From the IMG/VR virus record IMGVR_UViG_3300042366_000875, positions 1 to 36,204 of that record: a stretch of DNA of 36,204 nucleotides. One strand, written 5' to 3'. Below the pieces are notes generated by a model. It made no database searches. It saw nothing but the letters and a program-made list of their open reading frames with translations, and was not told where the DNA came from. Shown here one piece after another: positions 25,077 to 33,725 of the stretch. This DNA comes from a virus. Its lineage: Duplodnaviria; Caudoviricetes. The position numbers and the translations under genes are program-made. Numbering within the stretch: the stretch's first letter is position 1; each line of letters starts with the position of its first letter.

Positions 25077-25826
25077 ATGGCGGCGCGGATCTCCGCTCGA
25101 ATCGTCTTGCCGCGCCTGCTCGAACGCGGGCAAGACGAGACGGTAACGCTCGCGCTCTACCAAGGCGCGAGCGTCGTACACCCGACGAGCGGCACCTATT
25201 CGCTCGTCAACGAGAGCGGCGAAACTGTAGTCTCGGGCGCCGTCTCCGTGGGAACTGACGGCGTGGCGTCGTACGCGGTAGGCGGCGCCTTTACTGTCGA
25301 TCGCGACTACTCCGATCGTTGGCTCGAAGAATGGGCGCTCGTCGTGGCGGGCGTGACGCACCGGGTACAATGCGACGCCATGAACGTACGGCGCAAGCTA
25401 TACAACGTCGTAACGCAAGACGACTTGAAGCGCCGTCACCCGCAAATCGTCGCCGAGAACTTGTCGCCCGAGAGCGAAGACTTCACCGGGCAGATTGACG
25501 AAGCCTTTGAAGAGTTCGAGCGCGAGTTGATCAACAAGGGCAACCGCCCGAACTTGATCCTTTCGCCTTGGAGTTGCCGCGCGTGCGTGCTCGCGCTCGC
25601 GCTCGCGTACGTCTTCCGCGACGCGATCACGAACGCCACGGGCGAGAGTGACCGTTTCCGCGACATGGCGAAGCACTACATGAACGAGTACGAGTCGAAG
25701 TTTCCGAAGCTCACGTACCGGGTTGACACTTCGGAAGACGGCACCGTGAGCGATCAACGCCCCGCCGCGCAACCCGTCGTGTTTCTCAGTTCTACGCCCC
25801 GCGCTACCCGTTCCGGGCTCTCGTAA
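25077..25826 (+). CDS. Head-tail adaptor (putative)
   Basis: AAGGAG RBS; helical C-terminal half (T..DL, IDEAF..., Y...Y) resembles connector proteins. Confidence 0.6.
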   Translation: MAARISARIVLPRLLERGQDETVTLALYQGASVVHPTSGTYSLVNESGETVVSGAVSVGTDGVASYAVGGAFTVDRDYSDRWLEEWALVVAGVTHRVQCDAMNVRRKLYNVVTQDDLKRRHPQIVAENLSPESEDFTGQIDEAFEEFERELINKGNRPNLILSPWSCRACVLALALAYVFRDAITNATGESDRFRDMAKHYMNEYESKFPKLTYRVDTSEDGTVSDQRPAAQPVVFLSSTPRATRSGLS

Positions 25827-26281
25827 TGATCGCGGGTGCGCTCGCACTCCGCGACGCCTTGGCGGGGCGCGTGAAGCGTATTCCGGGGCTCCGTGAGGCT
25901 TCCGGCGTGCTCGGGCCCGAGTACGAGTCGAAGCAGGTTGTAGACCGCTCCTTTACGGTGTTCCTTGGCGCCGAGAACGACGCGGGCGGGCGCACTCGAA
26001 CCGACGGCTCGTTGTTCGTCTTGCGCGAGTTCTCAGTTCGGATCGCTCACAAGTTGAACGCCGCCCGCAACGCCGCCGCCGTGGCGCAAGCCTACTCCGA
26101 CGCCGACGACGTGAAGCGGATCGTTCTCGGGCACGTCGAAGACGCCTACGTGACTTGCGAGCCGCATACCGCGTTTCTCGGCGCCGACGAGCCCGAAGTT
26201 CTCGGCGGCGGCTCGTTCCTGCTCACCCGGCTTCGCTTCCGCACCCGATACCGCGTAGAGATCGAACCCTTGCCGGGGTAG
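25826..26281 (+). CDS. Head-tail joining or tail terminator-like protein
   Basis: Size, position and alpha/beta pattern; TAATG coupling. Confidence 0.5.
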   Translation: MIAGALALRDALAGRVKRIPGLREASGVLGPEYESKQVVDRSFTVFLGAENDAGGRTRTDGSLFVLREFSVRIAHKLNAARNAAAVAQAYSDADDVKRIVLGHVEDAYVTCEPHTAFLGADEPEVLGGGSFLLTRLRFRTRYRVEIEPLPG

Positions 26282-26293
26282 GATCGCCCTACC

Positions 26294-26806
26294 ATGGCGC
26301 TTGAAGTAAAGTTCTTCCCGAGCGAGATCCCGCCGTACTTGGCGGCGCACGGCGGGCTACGCGCGCTAACGCCCGACGAAGAAGGCGTGTTGTACCTCTT
26401 CGGCGAAGAACTCGTTCGGTACATCGTAACCGCGTGGCCCGTGGATACCGGAACGTCGCAAGACGCCTTCTCGTTCTACACGTCGGGCGATCCGGGGCAG
26501 GGCTTCGGGATCGTCGTAGCGAACCCGATGTTCTACGCACAATACGTACACTTGAAGGGCGCGGATCCCGACGCGCCGTTGTGGCGAACGCTCTTCCCGG
26601 AAGCGTGGGCCAGCGTCAAGCCGGGGCTACTCCGGGCGCTCTTCGCCGAGATCGACGCCACGGAAGCCGCCCGCGTCGCCAGCGAAACGGGCAAGGCGGC
26701 GAAGGGCTCGGGCGCCCGGCGCGCTCGAAGCGAGACTTCGCGCGAGCTTTCCCGCACGGCGTCGCCGTTCGCCGAGTTGATCAAGCGCTTGAACCCGTTA
26801 GCCTGA
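26294..26806 (+). CDS. HK97 gp10-like tail completion protein
   Basis: WPVDTG.S and N...YAQYVH. Confidence 0.7.
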   Translation: MALEVKFFPSEIPPYLAAHGGLRALTPDEEGVLYLFGEELVRYIVTAWPVDTGTSQDAFSFYTSGDPGQGFGIVVANPMFYAQYVHLKGADPDAPLWRTLFPEAWASVKPGLLRALFAEIDATEAARVASETGKAAKGSGARRARSETSRELSRTASPFAELIKRLNPLA

Positions 26807-26809
26807 CGC

Positions 26810-27283
26810 ATGGCCGATCGCTTCGCCGTTTCCATGACGAGCACGCTCGATCTTCCCGCACTCGCGCGGCGGTTGAACGCGGGCGAGTTGAAGATTCTCC
26901 GCGAAGGCGGCGACAAGATCGTAAGGAAGATCAAAGCGCGTTGGGTTGGTTGGAAGTACGAGAACGCGCCGAAAGACAAGCGCGGGCGCTCGCGGGCAGG
27001 TTGGAAGCGCACGCTTACGAGCAACACCGATCCGATCACGCTCTCGATCTTCGACGACGCTCGAAGCTACTACGGCGATAAGCCCTACGTTCAATACGTG
27101 GCGCGTTCGAAGGGCGCTACGCCCGAGTACGTCTTAGCTTTCGAAGACGTACTATCCGCCGACGTTCCCGCCTTGCGCGACGCCTTGACGGCTGCTATAC
27201 TTTCCGCCATGAATGAACCCGCGCCCGCCCGCCGCGTTCGAGCCAACAAGGCGAGCGAGACGGTTTCGGCAACACTCACGTAG
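26810..27283 (+). CDS. Second HK97 gp10-like protein
   Basis: IKARW...GRSRAGW and PYVQYV. Confidence 0.55.
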   Translation: MADRFAVSMTSTLDLPALARRLNAGELKILREGGDKIVRKIKARWVGWKYENAPKDKRGRSRAGWKRTLTSNTDPITLSIFDDARSYYGDKPYVQYVARSKGATPEYVLAFEDVLSADVPALRDALTAAILSAMNEPAPARRVRANKASETVSATLT

Positions 27284-27294
27284 GAGCCGCCACC

Positions 27295-27801
27295 ATGGCC
27301 GAATCCGAAATCTCGAAGACGTTCCGTAACGGCAAGGTGACGAAGAAGGACGCTTCCGGGCTTTCCTTCGAATACTCCTACGAAGACGGCGATTTCTCGT
27401 TCGGCAACGAGAAGGCGGCGCGTACCGTCGTCTACGACCGGGGCGAGATCGTGGGGCTTCGCAAGGGGAACGATCCCGTTCTCACGGCGAGCTTCACGGT
27501 TGACATGCGACAATTCGCCAGCGGCACGCCCGCCGTGCCCGGCGTTGACGCCAACCCGATCGACGTGATCGAATGGTCGGGCCCGTGGGCGGCGGGCGTG
27601 AGCACGGGCGGCGCGAACTTTGAGTTCCCCGTAGGAACGTACGAGTTCGCCGTTCAAGGGATCAACTACGGCGAGAGCGCCGATCACAAGCTCACTTGCT
27701 ACAAGGTCTTCGAGACGTGGGATTTCAAGGAAGGCGACCGGAACAAGATCACGGTCAAGCTTGAAATCTACGGCGGATACGCGCGCTCGGGCCCGGCTTA
27801 G
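27295..27801 (+). CDS. Major tail tube protein
   Basis: AGGAG RBS, 168 aa beta-rich, immediately before the chaperone and tape-measure genes. Confidence 0.75.
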   Translation: MAESEISKTFRNGKVTKKDASGLSFEYSYEDGDFSFGNEKAARTVVYDRGEIVGLRKGNDPVLTASFTVDMRQFASGTPAVPGVDANPIDVIEWSGPWAAGVSTGGANFEFPVGTYEFAVQGINYGESADHKLTCYKVFETWDFKEGDRNKITVKLEIYGGYARSGPA

Positions 27802-27822
27802 TCCACACTCGGAGAACGCACC

Positions 27823-28227
27823 ATGAACGAGCAGGCGCCCACGAAGCCCGCGCTCGTCGTCGAACTCGGCGGCGAGTCTCACACGGTCAACCTGCCCCGG
27901 CGCCACGCCGAGCGACGCGAACTCGCTACGACGTGGGTTCACGCCAACCTTCGCGGGGCGGCGGCGATTCTCGCCTACACCGTGCCGTCGCTCGGGCTCC
28001 TTCGCTCGCCGGGCAACAAGGAAGGGCTCGATCCCGCGACGTACGGCTACAACTGGTACGAGTTCGGCGCCGACGCCTTGGATCGCCTGCTCGGCGCGGG
28101 GCACGACGAGAACGAGCTTCTTCGGGCGAGCGTGCCGATCTTCAACGCAATCGCCGCCCTGCTTCCGCCCGCCCGCTCGGAGGTTGAAGCCGCACGGGAT
28201 TTCTCGAAGGCGACCGGGGCAACTTAG
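27823..28227 (+). CDS. Tail assembly chaperone (gpG-like)
   Basis: Lies between tail tube and tape measure; ends ..RDFS.. at a slippery site. Confidence 0.75.
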   Translation: MNEQAPTKPALVVELGGESHTVNLPRRHAERRELATTWVHANLRGAAAILAYTVPSLGLLRSPGNKEGLDPATYGYNWYEFGADALDRLLGAGHDENELLRASVPIFNAIAALLPPARSEVEAARDFSKATGAT

Positions 28228-28430
28228 ATCACGTTGCGCTCCGAGTCGCGCACTATTGGCGACGTGATCCCGGTTGGCTATGGACGCTCGATCGCGAGAC
28301 GCAAGCGATCGTCTTAGCCGATTGGGACGTGCTCACCCGCCCGAAGAAGGCGCCGACGCGCGAGCAGAAACGCGCCGAGTTCGATCGTAGGCTTGCGGAG
28401 ATCCGCACGCGGGCTACGAAAGCGAGTTAG
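28197..28430 (+). CDS. Frameshift extension of the tail chaperone (gpT-like, -1 frame)
   Basis: Open -1 frame with no start codon at its 5' end, LEGDRGNLDHVALRVAHYW...KAS*, entered at G-GAT-TTC (28197-28203). Confidence 0.65.
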   Translation, partial: GFLEGDRGNLDHVALRVAHYWRRDPGWLWTLDRETQAIVLADWDVLTRPKKAPTREQKRAEFDRRLAEIRTRATKAS

Positions 28431-28453
28431 AATCCTAAGAAGGAGTGCCGCCC

Positions 28454-30397
28454 GTGTCGAACGCCGTCAAGCTCGACATTACCGCCGACGCATCGAAAGC
28501 CGTAGCCGAAATCAAGCGCGTAGATACCGCGCTTTCGGCGACGGCGGCGGCGGGCGAGTCGGCGGGGCGCAAAGTCGGCGGCGGCATGAAGTCGCTCGAA
28601 GAGAGCGCGGGGCGCGCGGGGCAGTCTTCCGCGAAGTTGCGCGGGGCGCTCTCGCTCGTCTCGCCCGAACTCGGCAACATGGCGGGATTCGCCAACGACG
28701 CCGCCGACGCGGTAGAAGTCTTCGCCGCGAGCGAGAGCGCCGCCGCCATTGCGGGCGCCGCGCTAAACCCCGTCGTGCTCGCTACCGTCGCCGCGCTCGG
28801 CTTGGCGGCGGGCGCGTGGTATCTCGTAACGAGCGCCGAGCAGGAGCACGAAGCCGCCATTCGGGCGAACGCCGAAGCGATCTCGAAAGCCGCCGACGTA
28901 GCCGTAGCGGCTCGCGCGTCGATCGCCGGGCTCGGGCTTGAATGGCAAGTTGCAACCGGGCAAATGACGGAAGCGACGGCGGCATACACGAAGGGCGCCG
29001 CCGACATTGACGAGAAGTTCGCCGAGTCGCTTCGGTTGGCGAATCAGAATGTCGGGTCGTTGAAGCAACAAGTAGAATCGTTCGAAGCCGCCGCCGCGCG
29101 CTCGGGCGGCATGGTGACGTACCGGGAACAACTCGAAGACCTACGCCCGCAACTCGAAGCCGCTACGAAGGCGTACGCGGATCTTCAAGGGCAAGTCGAA
29201 GCCGCGAAAGATAAAGTTTCCGATATCGTTATTGCTCACGAAGAAGACAAGCAGGCGACCGAAGACGCCCGCAAAGCGACCGAAGCGGCGAACGAAGCCA
29301 AGCGCCGCGCCGCCGAGCGCGCCCGCGAGCAGGCGCAAGCCGAAGCCGAGCTTCGCGCGGAAATGGAAGCCGCCGCGAAGGTGGCGCAAGACTACCGCGA
29401 CGCCTTGGCGTCGATCGAAGGCGCCGGGCGCGCGGCTTCCGAGAGCAACCTTCAAGGGATCGAACGCGAGAACGCCGCGCGAACTCGCCAACTTGAAGCG
29501 CTCGCCGACTCCTACTCGAAGGCACTTGACGCCGCGATCGGCAACGACGCCGCGTTGGCGGAAGCCGATCAAGCCTACGCCACGTCGAAAGAGCAGATCA
29601 TAGGGGCGAGCGAAGAGCGGATCAAGTCGATTCGCGATAAAGCCGCCGCCGACGAAGCGAAGAAGCTACAAGACGGCGTGAAGGCGACGCAAGACGCCGA
29701 GAACGCCAAGGCGCAAGCCGTCGTAAGCACCTTGAACCAAGCCTTCGGCGTGGCGTCGCAACTCTTCGATCTCGGCGTCGGGTATCAAACCGATTTGCTT
29801 CGGGCCATGGAATCCGATCTTCGTGAGAACGAAGAGAACATGACCGAAGGGCAGAAGAAGGAATTGAAGAAGCGGATCGAAGCGCAGCGAGACGCCGCGA
29901 AGCGCAGCTTCGAGATCGCCAAGGCGGCGAAGATCGCCGAAGCTATCGCGTCAACCGCGCTCGCCGTGATCAACGCGATCTCGCAAAGCCCGCCGCCGAG
30001 CCCCTTCGGCTTGATCGGCGCCGGGATCGCGGCGGCGGCGGGTGCGATCTCGATCGCACAAATCGCCGGTCAAGAGCCGTCGTTTCACGTCGGCACGTCG
30101 GAAGTTCGCCGGTATTCCGCGCAAGCGCCCGACGAAGTGCGGGCTACCCTGCTCGAAGGCGAAGCGGTCTTGTCTCGCCGAGCCGTCGCCGACATGGGCG
30201 GGCGCACGGCGATCGAAGATCGCAACGCCGGGCGGCGCAACGGCGAGAGCGCGACGGGCGGGCGCCCGGCGCCTATCCAGTATCGGCACCGGGAATTTAA
30301 CGAGTTCATTCGGGATAACATCCGTCTCGGCGGGCCCTTGTCTACCGAGTTGAACAAGGGTACGCGCGTTGGGCACCGCGAGCGGAGTTACACGTAA
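28454..30397 (+). CDS. Tape measure protein
   Basis: VKLDITADAS N-terminus, Ala-rich helical body, C-terminal FHVG...PDEVRATL..GEAVL. AGGAG RBS favours GTG 28454. Confidence 0.88.
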   Translation: MSNAVKLDITADASKAVAEIKRVDTALSATAAAGESAGRKVGGGMKSLEESAGRAGQSSAKLRGALSLVSPELGNMAGFANDAADAVEVFAASESAAAIAGAALNPVVLATVAALGLAAGAWYLVTSAEQEHEAAIRANAEAISKAADVAVAARASIAGLGLEWQVATGQMTEATAAYTKGAADIDEKFAESLRLANQNVGSLKQQVESFEAAAARSGGMVTYREQLEDLRPQLEAATKAYADLQGQVEAAKDKVSDIVIAHEEDKQATEDARKATEAANEAKRRAAERAREQAQAEAELRAEMEAAAKVAQDYRDALASIEGAGRAASESNLQGIERENAARTRQLEALADSYSKALDAAIGNDAALAEADQAYATSKEQIIGASEERIKSIRDKAAADEAKKLQDGVKATQDAENAKAQAVVSTLNQAFGVASQLFDLGVGYQTDLLRAMESDLRENEENMTEGQKKELKKRIEAQRDAAKRSFEIAKAAKIAEAIASTALAVINAISQSPPPSPFGLIGAGIAAAAGAISIAQIAGQEPSFHVGTSEVRRYSAQAPDEVRATLLEGEAVLSRRAVADMGGRTAIEDRNAGRRNGESATGGRPAPIQYRHREFNEFIRDNIRLGGPLSTELNKGTRVGHRERSYT

Positions 30398-33300
30398 TGC
30401 CTTCCGACGTTTCCAAGACGGCACTTCGCGGGCTACTCGTTCCCGATCTTCGGCTCGGGTTCGATTCGATCTACGTCGCGGGCTCGTCGTTCGAGCAGGC
30501 GGGCCCGCTTCCGGGCGTGCCCGAAGCGCAAGGCGAAACGGAAATGGTCTTGGAGTCGTCGGGCACGCAAAGCGCCGCGCGCAAGCTCCGTATCCGCACC
30601 GTGAAGGCGGGGCAACCCGAACCCGACGGCGGCGCGTTCGCGTGGCGCGACGTGGCGGGCCCGCTCGGCGGCTCCGAGCTTTGGCGGGGTTGGGACGGGC
30701 CCCACGCGCTCGCGTACTTCGAGTTCTACGACTACACGACGACGGCGGGGAAATGGAAGCACCCGCACGCGATCACGCTTTCCGACGGCACAATCGTTGT
30801 CGTGTGCGAGAAGTCGTCGCGCTACGTTACCTGCTTGACTCGCCACGCCGTTACCGGGGCGTGGGCGGAAGTGACGATCCACGACAACGGCTCGGCGTTC
30901 GCGCTCGCGGCTCACGCTACGGTGCTCGCCCTTCCGAGCGGGCGCCTTCTCTGCTTCTTCTTCAAGGAAGACACGGCGAATACCGAGAATCAGATTCGCA
31001 TGCACTACAGCGACGACAACGGGGCGTCTTGGAGCTTGGCGAACAAGGCTTGTCTCTCGGCGGCGCTTACGAGCGTGGGCGTCAACCGCACGCCGCACCG
31101 GCTACGAGTCGCGTACTTGAACGGGCAAATCTTGCTAATCGGTTGGATCGAGGATCAATCGATCGCCGCTCGCGCCGACGTGCTCTATCAATGGGCGTCG
31201 GTTGATCTTGGCTCGTCGTTCGATCTCGTCGATTCGTGGACGGGCGCCGACGATACCGCGTGGGCGGCGTACCCGTCGCTCTTCGCGGCGAACAACCAAT
31301 TCGTTTGTCATTACCTTACGCGCGACGTAACGACTACCGGCGTGATCGTGCCGTACCAGCGGCGGATCGCCAACGCCTACCAACTGCTTTCGACGGCAAC
31401 CGCCGAACTCGCATGCCAGACGGGTAACCCTATGAAATGGGGTAGTTGGTCCGTGGGCCCGCCGCTCGTCTTCAACGCGGGCGAGCTTACCGCGTGGGCA
31501 GACGAAGACGGCGTTTGGTACATGGCGGGTTGCGACTTCGACGGCGGCGCCCTTCGCGAGTGCTACGTTCAACGAAGCGTCAACGGCGGCGAGACGTGGG
31601 CGGCGGTAGGCTCGGGCTCGTCACCCGCGTATGGGGCGGCATGGTGGCGGGGCGACGACGTGAGCACGAAGCCAACCGATCTCGCGGGCACGGCGCAAGG
31701 CGGGCGCGGCGTGATCGTTCACAAGTTCGACGCCAACCCCGAAACGCACGACGACGGCTCGTTGGGCGCGTCCTATCTCGGCGGGTACACGACACTATGC
31801 CTACCTCAGTTGAACGCCTTCCCGAGCCCCGCCGAGCGCGTGGCGTGGGAACGTACGTGGCTACCCTTCGATCTGCCCGAGAACACGGGCGGCGTGTGGA
31901 CACTCGTAGTCGGCGGGGCGCCTACCGTCACCATGACGAGCACCGGGCTTCGGCTCCAAGGCGGCGCGGGCGACTCGCAAAGCTACACGCTCACGACGAA
32001 GCCCGCGAGTACCAACACGCAAGGCATGATCGCGCTTCTTGACGTGGCGATAGCGGGCGGAACGGCAATCGCGCAACTGCGCTCGGGCGTCGCGGGGCCC
32101 GTCGCTTACGAGATCCGCGTTTCCGTCACGACGACGGCGATCACGCTTCGCGACATGTACGCGGGCGCGGACATTGCGACGATCGCCACGGCGGCGGGCG
32201 TGACGGGCGTTCAAGTGCTGCTCGCCGTCGGCAACGATTCGGCGCCGGGCAACGACGGCAAGTGCGCGGCGTGGTATCGCCCCACGGGCTCGGGCACCGA
32301 TCGGGCGTGGGTAGCGATCGGCTCGTCGGCGACGCTCACGCAAGGCGGCGGCGTCGTGAACGAATTTCAATGGGGCGTGCTCGCGGGCGTCGGAACCGAC
32401 GTGCGGATCCGACAAGCCTGCTACACGTACGGCGCCTATGCGGGGCAACAACTCTACGCCGGGCAGTCAAATCCGGGCGAGCTTCAAGGGCGCAACTTCT
32501 CGCCGACGCCCGAGTATGTCAACGACGGAACGACGATCGCGGCGGTAGACGGGCCCGCGTTCTACTCCGACGAATGGCAAGTGAACACCCGTTACGAGTA
32601 CGGGATCGAGAACGTCTTTCCCGACGTGGCGCCGAGCCCGGCGCGCGGTTGGCGCTCCGTCGGCGTGGCGAGCGAGCAGCGGATCGCCTTGGAGTACGAC
32701 GCCGCCTTGAACGAGCGTACGCCCGCGCTCGAACCGATGATCGGCGTAGGGCTCTTCGAGATCAACTTTCGTACGTTCTACGTCGAAGGCTACGACGGGG
32801 CGGCGTGGCAAACGCTGGCGACCGTGGATACCGCCACGGGGCAAGACGCCTTGAAGTTCACCCGTTGGGCCGATACCGTCTTTCCGCAACCGCTACCGAC
32901 GGCGTACACGGGCGCGTCGCAATGGTTCACGTACCACGTACTCGCCGATTCGTACTTTCAAATGAACCTTTCCGGGCAAGAAGGGTACAACCAAGTTCGC
33001 AAGATCCGTACGAACTCCGAAGGCGTGTTCTCGAACGCCGCCACGAAGACGACGCGGATCGAACTGTACGGCGTGCAAGCCGCCGATTCGTCGGGCGGCG
33101 CGTTGCCGTTCGGCTCGATTTGGAGCAAAGACGTAGTAGTGTTGATCAACGGCGCTACGCGGTATTCTCGGCTTCGTATCCGAATCCCGGCGCAAGATAC
33201 CGCCGAAGGCTACTTCAAGATCGGCGCGGCACTTATCGGGAGTGTGGCGACGTTTGCCCGGCAATACTCGCGCGGGCGGGCGCTCGGGCTCGAACCGAAC

Positions 33301-33723
33301 GCCAACCTCACGACGAGCCGAAGCGGCACGCGCCGGGCGCGCAAGCTCGGCAAGCCCCGGCGCACCGTCGAACTCGCGTGGACGGATGGCGTAGACGTGA
33401 CGCAAGCCACGAAGCCGGGCCCCGCGCCCGACTACGTGACGGGTTGGGCGGGAAGCGCCGAAGCGATCGGCTCGCCCCACGATACGCCCTACATGGTGGC
33501 GGGCGTCGCCGAGCAGTTGTCGGGCGCCGTGTGGCCCGTCGTCTACTTGGCGGGCTTCGAGCGCCCGGCGAACAACGCCGCGATCGTGATCAACAACCGA
33601 AATACCTTCATGCTCTCGCGGCTCGTCTCGAACGTGCGCCTTGAATCGCGGCTCGGCTCCGAATGGGGCAACCCCGGCGAGTTGTTCAACGTGGCGACCG
33701 TCACGCTTGAAGAAGAGGTTTAG
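30397..33723 (+). CDS. Large tail-tip protein with BNR/Asp-box repeats and a possible distal-tail-like C-terminus
   Basis: YSDDNGASW, ASVDLGSSF and RSVNGGETW; directly follows the tape measure. Confidence 0.75.
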   Translation: MPSDVSKTALRGLLVPDLRLGFDSIYVAGSSFEQAGPLPGVPEAQGETEMVLESSGTQSAARKLRIRTVKAGQPEPDGGAFAWRDVAGPLGGSELWRGWDGPHALAYFEFYDYTTTAGKWKHPHAITLSDGTIVVVCEKSSRYVTCLTRHAVTGAWAEVTIHDNGSAFALAAHATVLALPSGRLLCFFFKEDTANTENQIRMHYSDDNGASWSLANKACLSAALTSVGVNRTPHRLRVAYLNGQILLIGWIEDQSIAARADVLYQWASVDLGSSFDLVDSWTGADDTAWAAYPSLFAANNQFVCHYLTRDVTTTGVIVPYQRRIANAYQLLSTATAELACQTGNPMKWGSWSVGPPLVFNAGELTAWADEDGVWYMAGCDFDGGALRECYVQRSVNGGETWAAVGSGSSPAYGAAWWRGDDVSTKPTDLAGTAQGGRGVIVHKFDANPETHDDGSLGASYLGGYTTLCLPQLNAFPSPAERVAWERTWLPFDLPENTGGVWTLVVGGAPTVTMTSTGLRLQGGAGDSQSYTLTTKPASTNTQGMIALLDVAIAGGTAIAQLRSGVAGPVAYEIRVSVTTTAITLRDMYAGADIATIATAAGVTGVQVLLAVGNDSAPGNDGKCAAWYRPTGSGTDRAWVAIGSSATLTQGGGVVNEFQWGVLAGVGTDVRIRQACYTYGAYAGQQLYAGQSNPGELQGRNFSPTPEYVNDGTTIAAVDGPAFYSDEWQVNTRYEYGIENVFPDVAPSPARGWRSVGVASEQRIALEYDAALNERTPALEPMIGVGLFEINFRTFYVEGYDGAAWQTLATVDTATGQDALKFTRWADTVFPQPLPTAYTGASQWFTYHVLADSYFQMNLSGQEGYNQVRKIRTNSEGVFSNAATKTTRIELYGVQAADSSGGALPFGSIWSKDVVVLINGATRYSRLRIRIPAQDTAEGYFKIGAALIGSVATFARQYSRGRALGLEPNANLTTSRSGTRRARKLGKPRRTVELAWTDGVDVTQATKPGPAPDYVTGWAGSAEAIGSPHDTPYMVAGVAEQLSGAVWPVVYLAGFERPANNAAIVINNRNTFMLSRLVSNVRLESRLGSEWGNPGELFNVATVTLEEEV

Positions 33724-33725
33724 CC

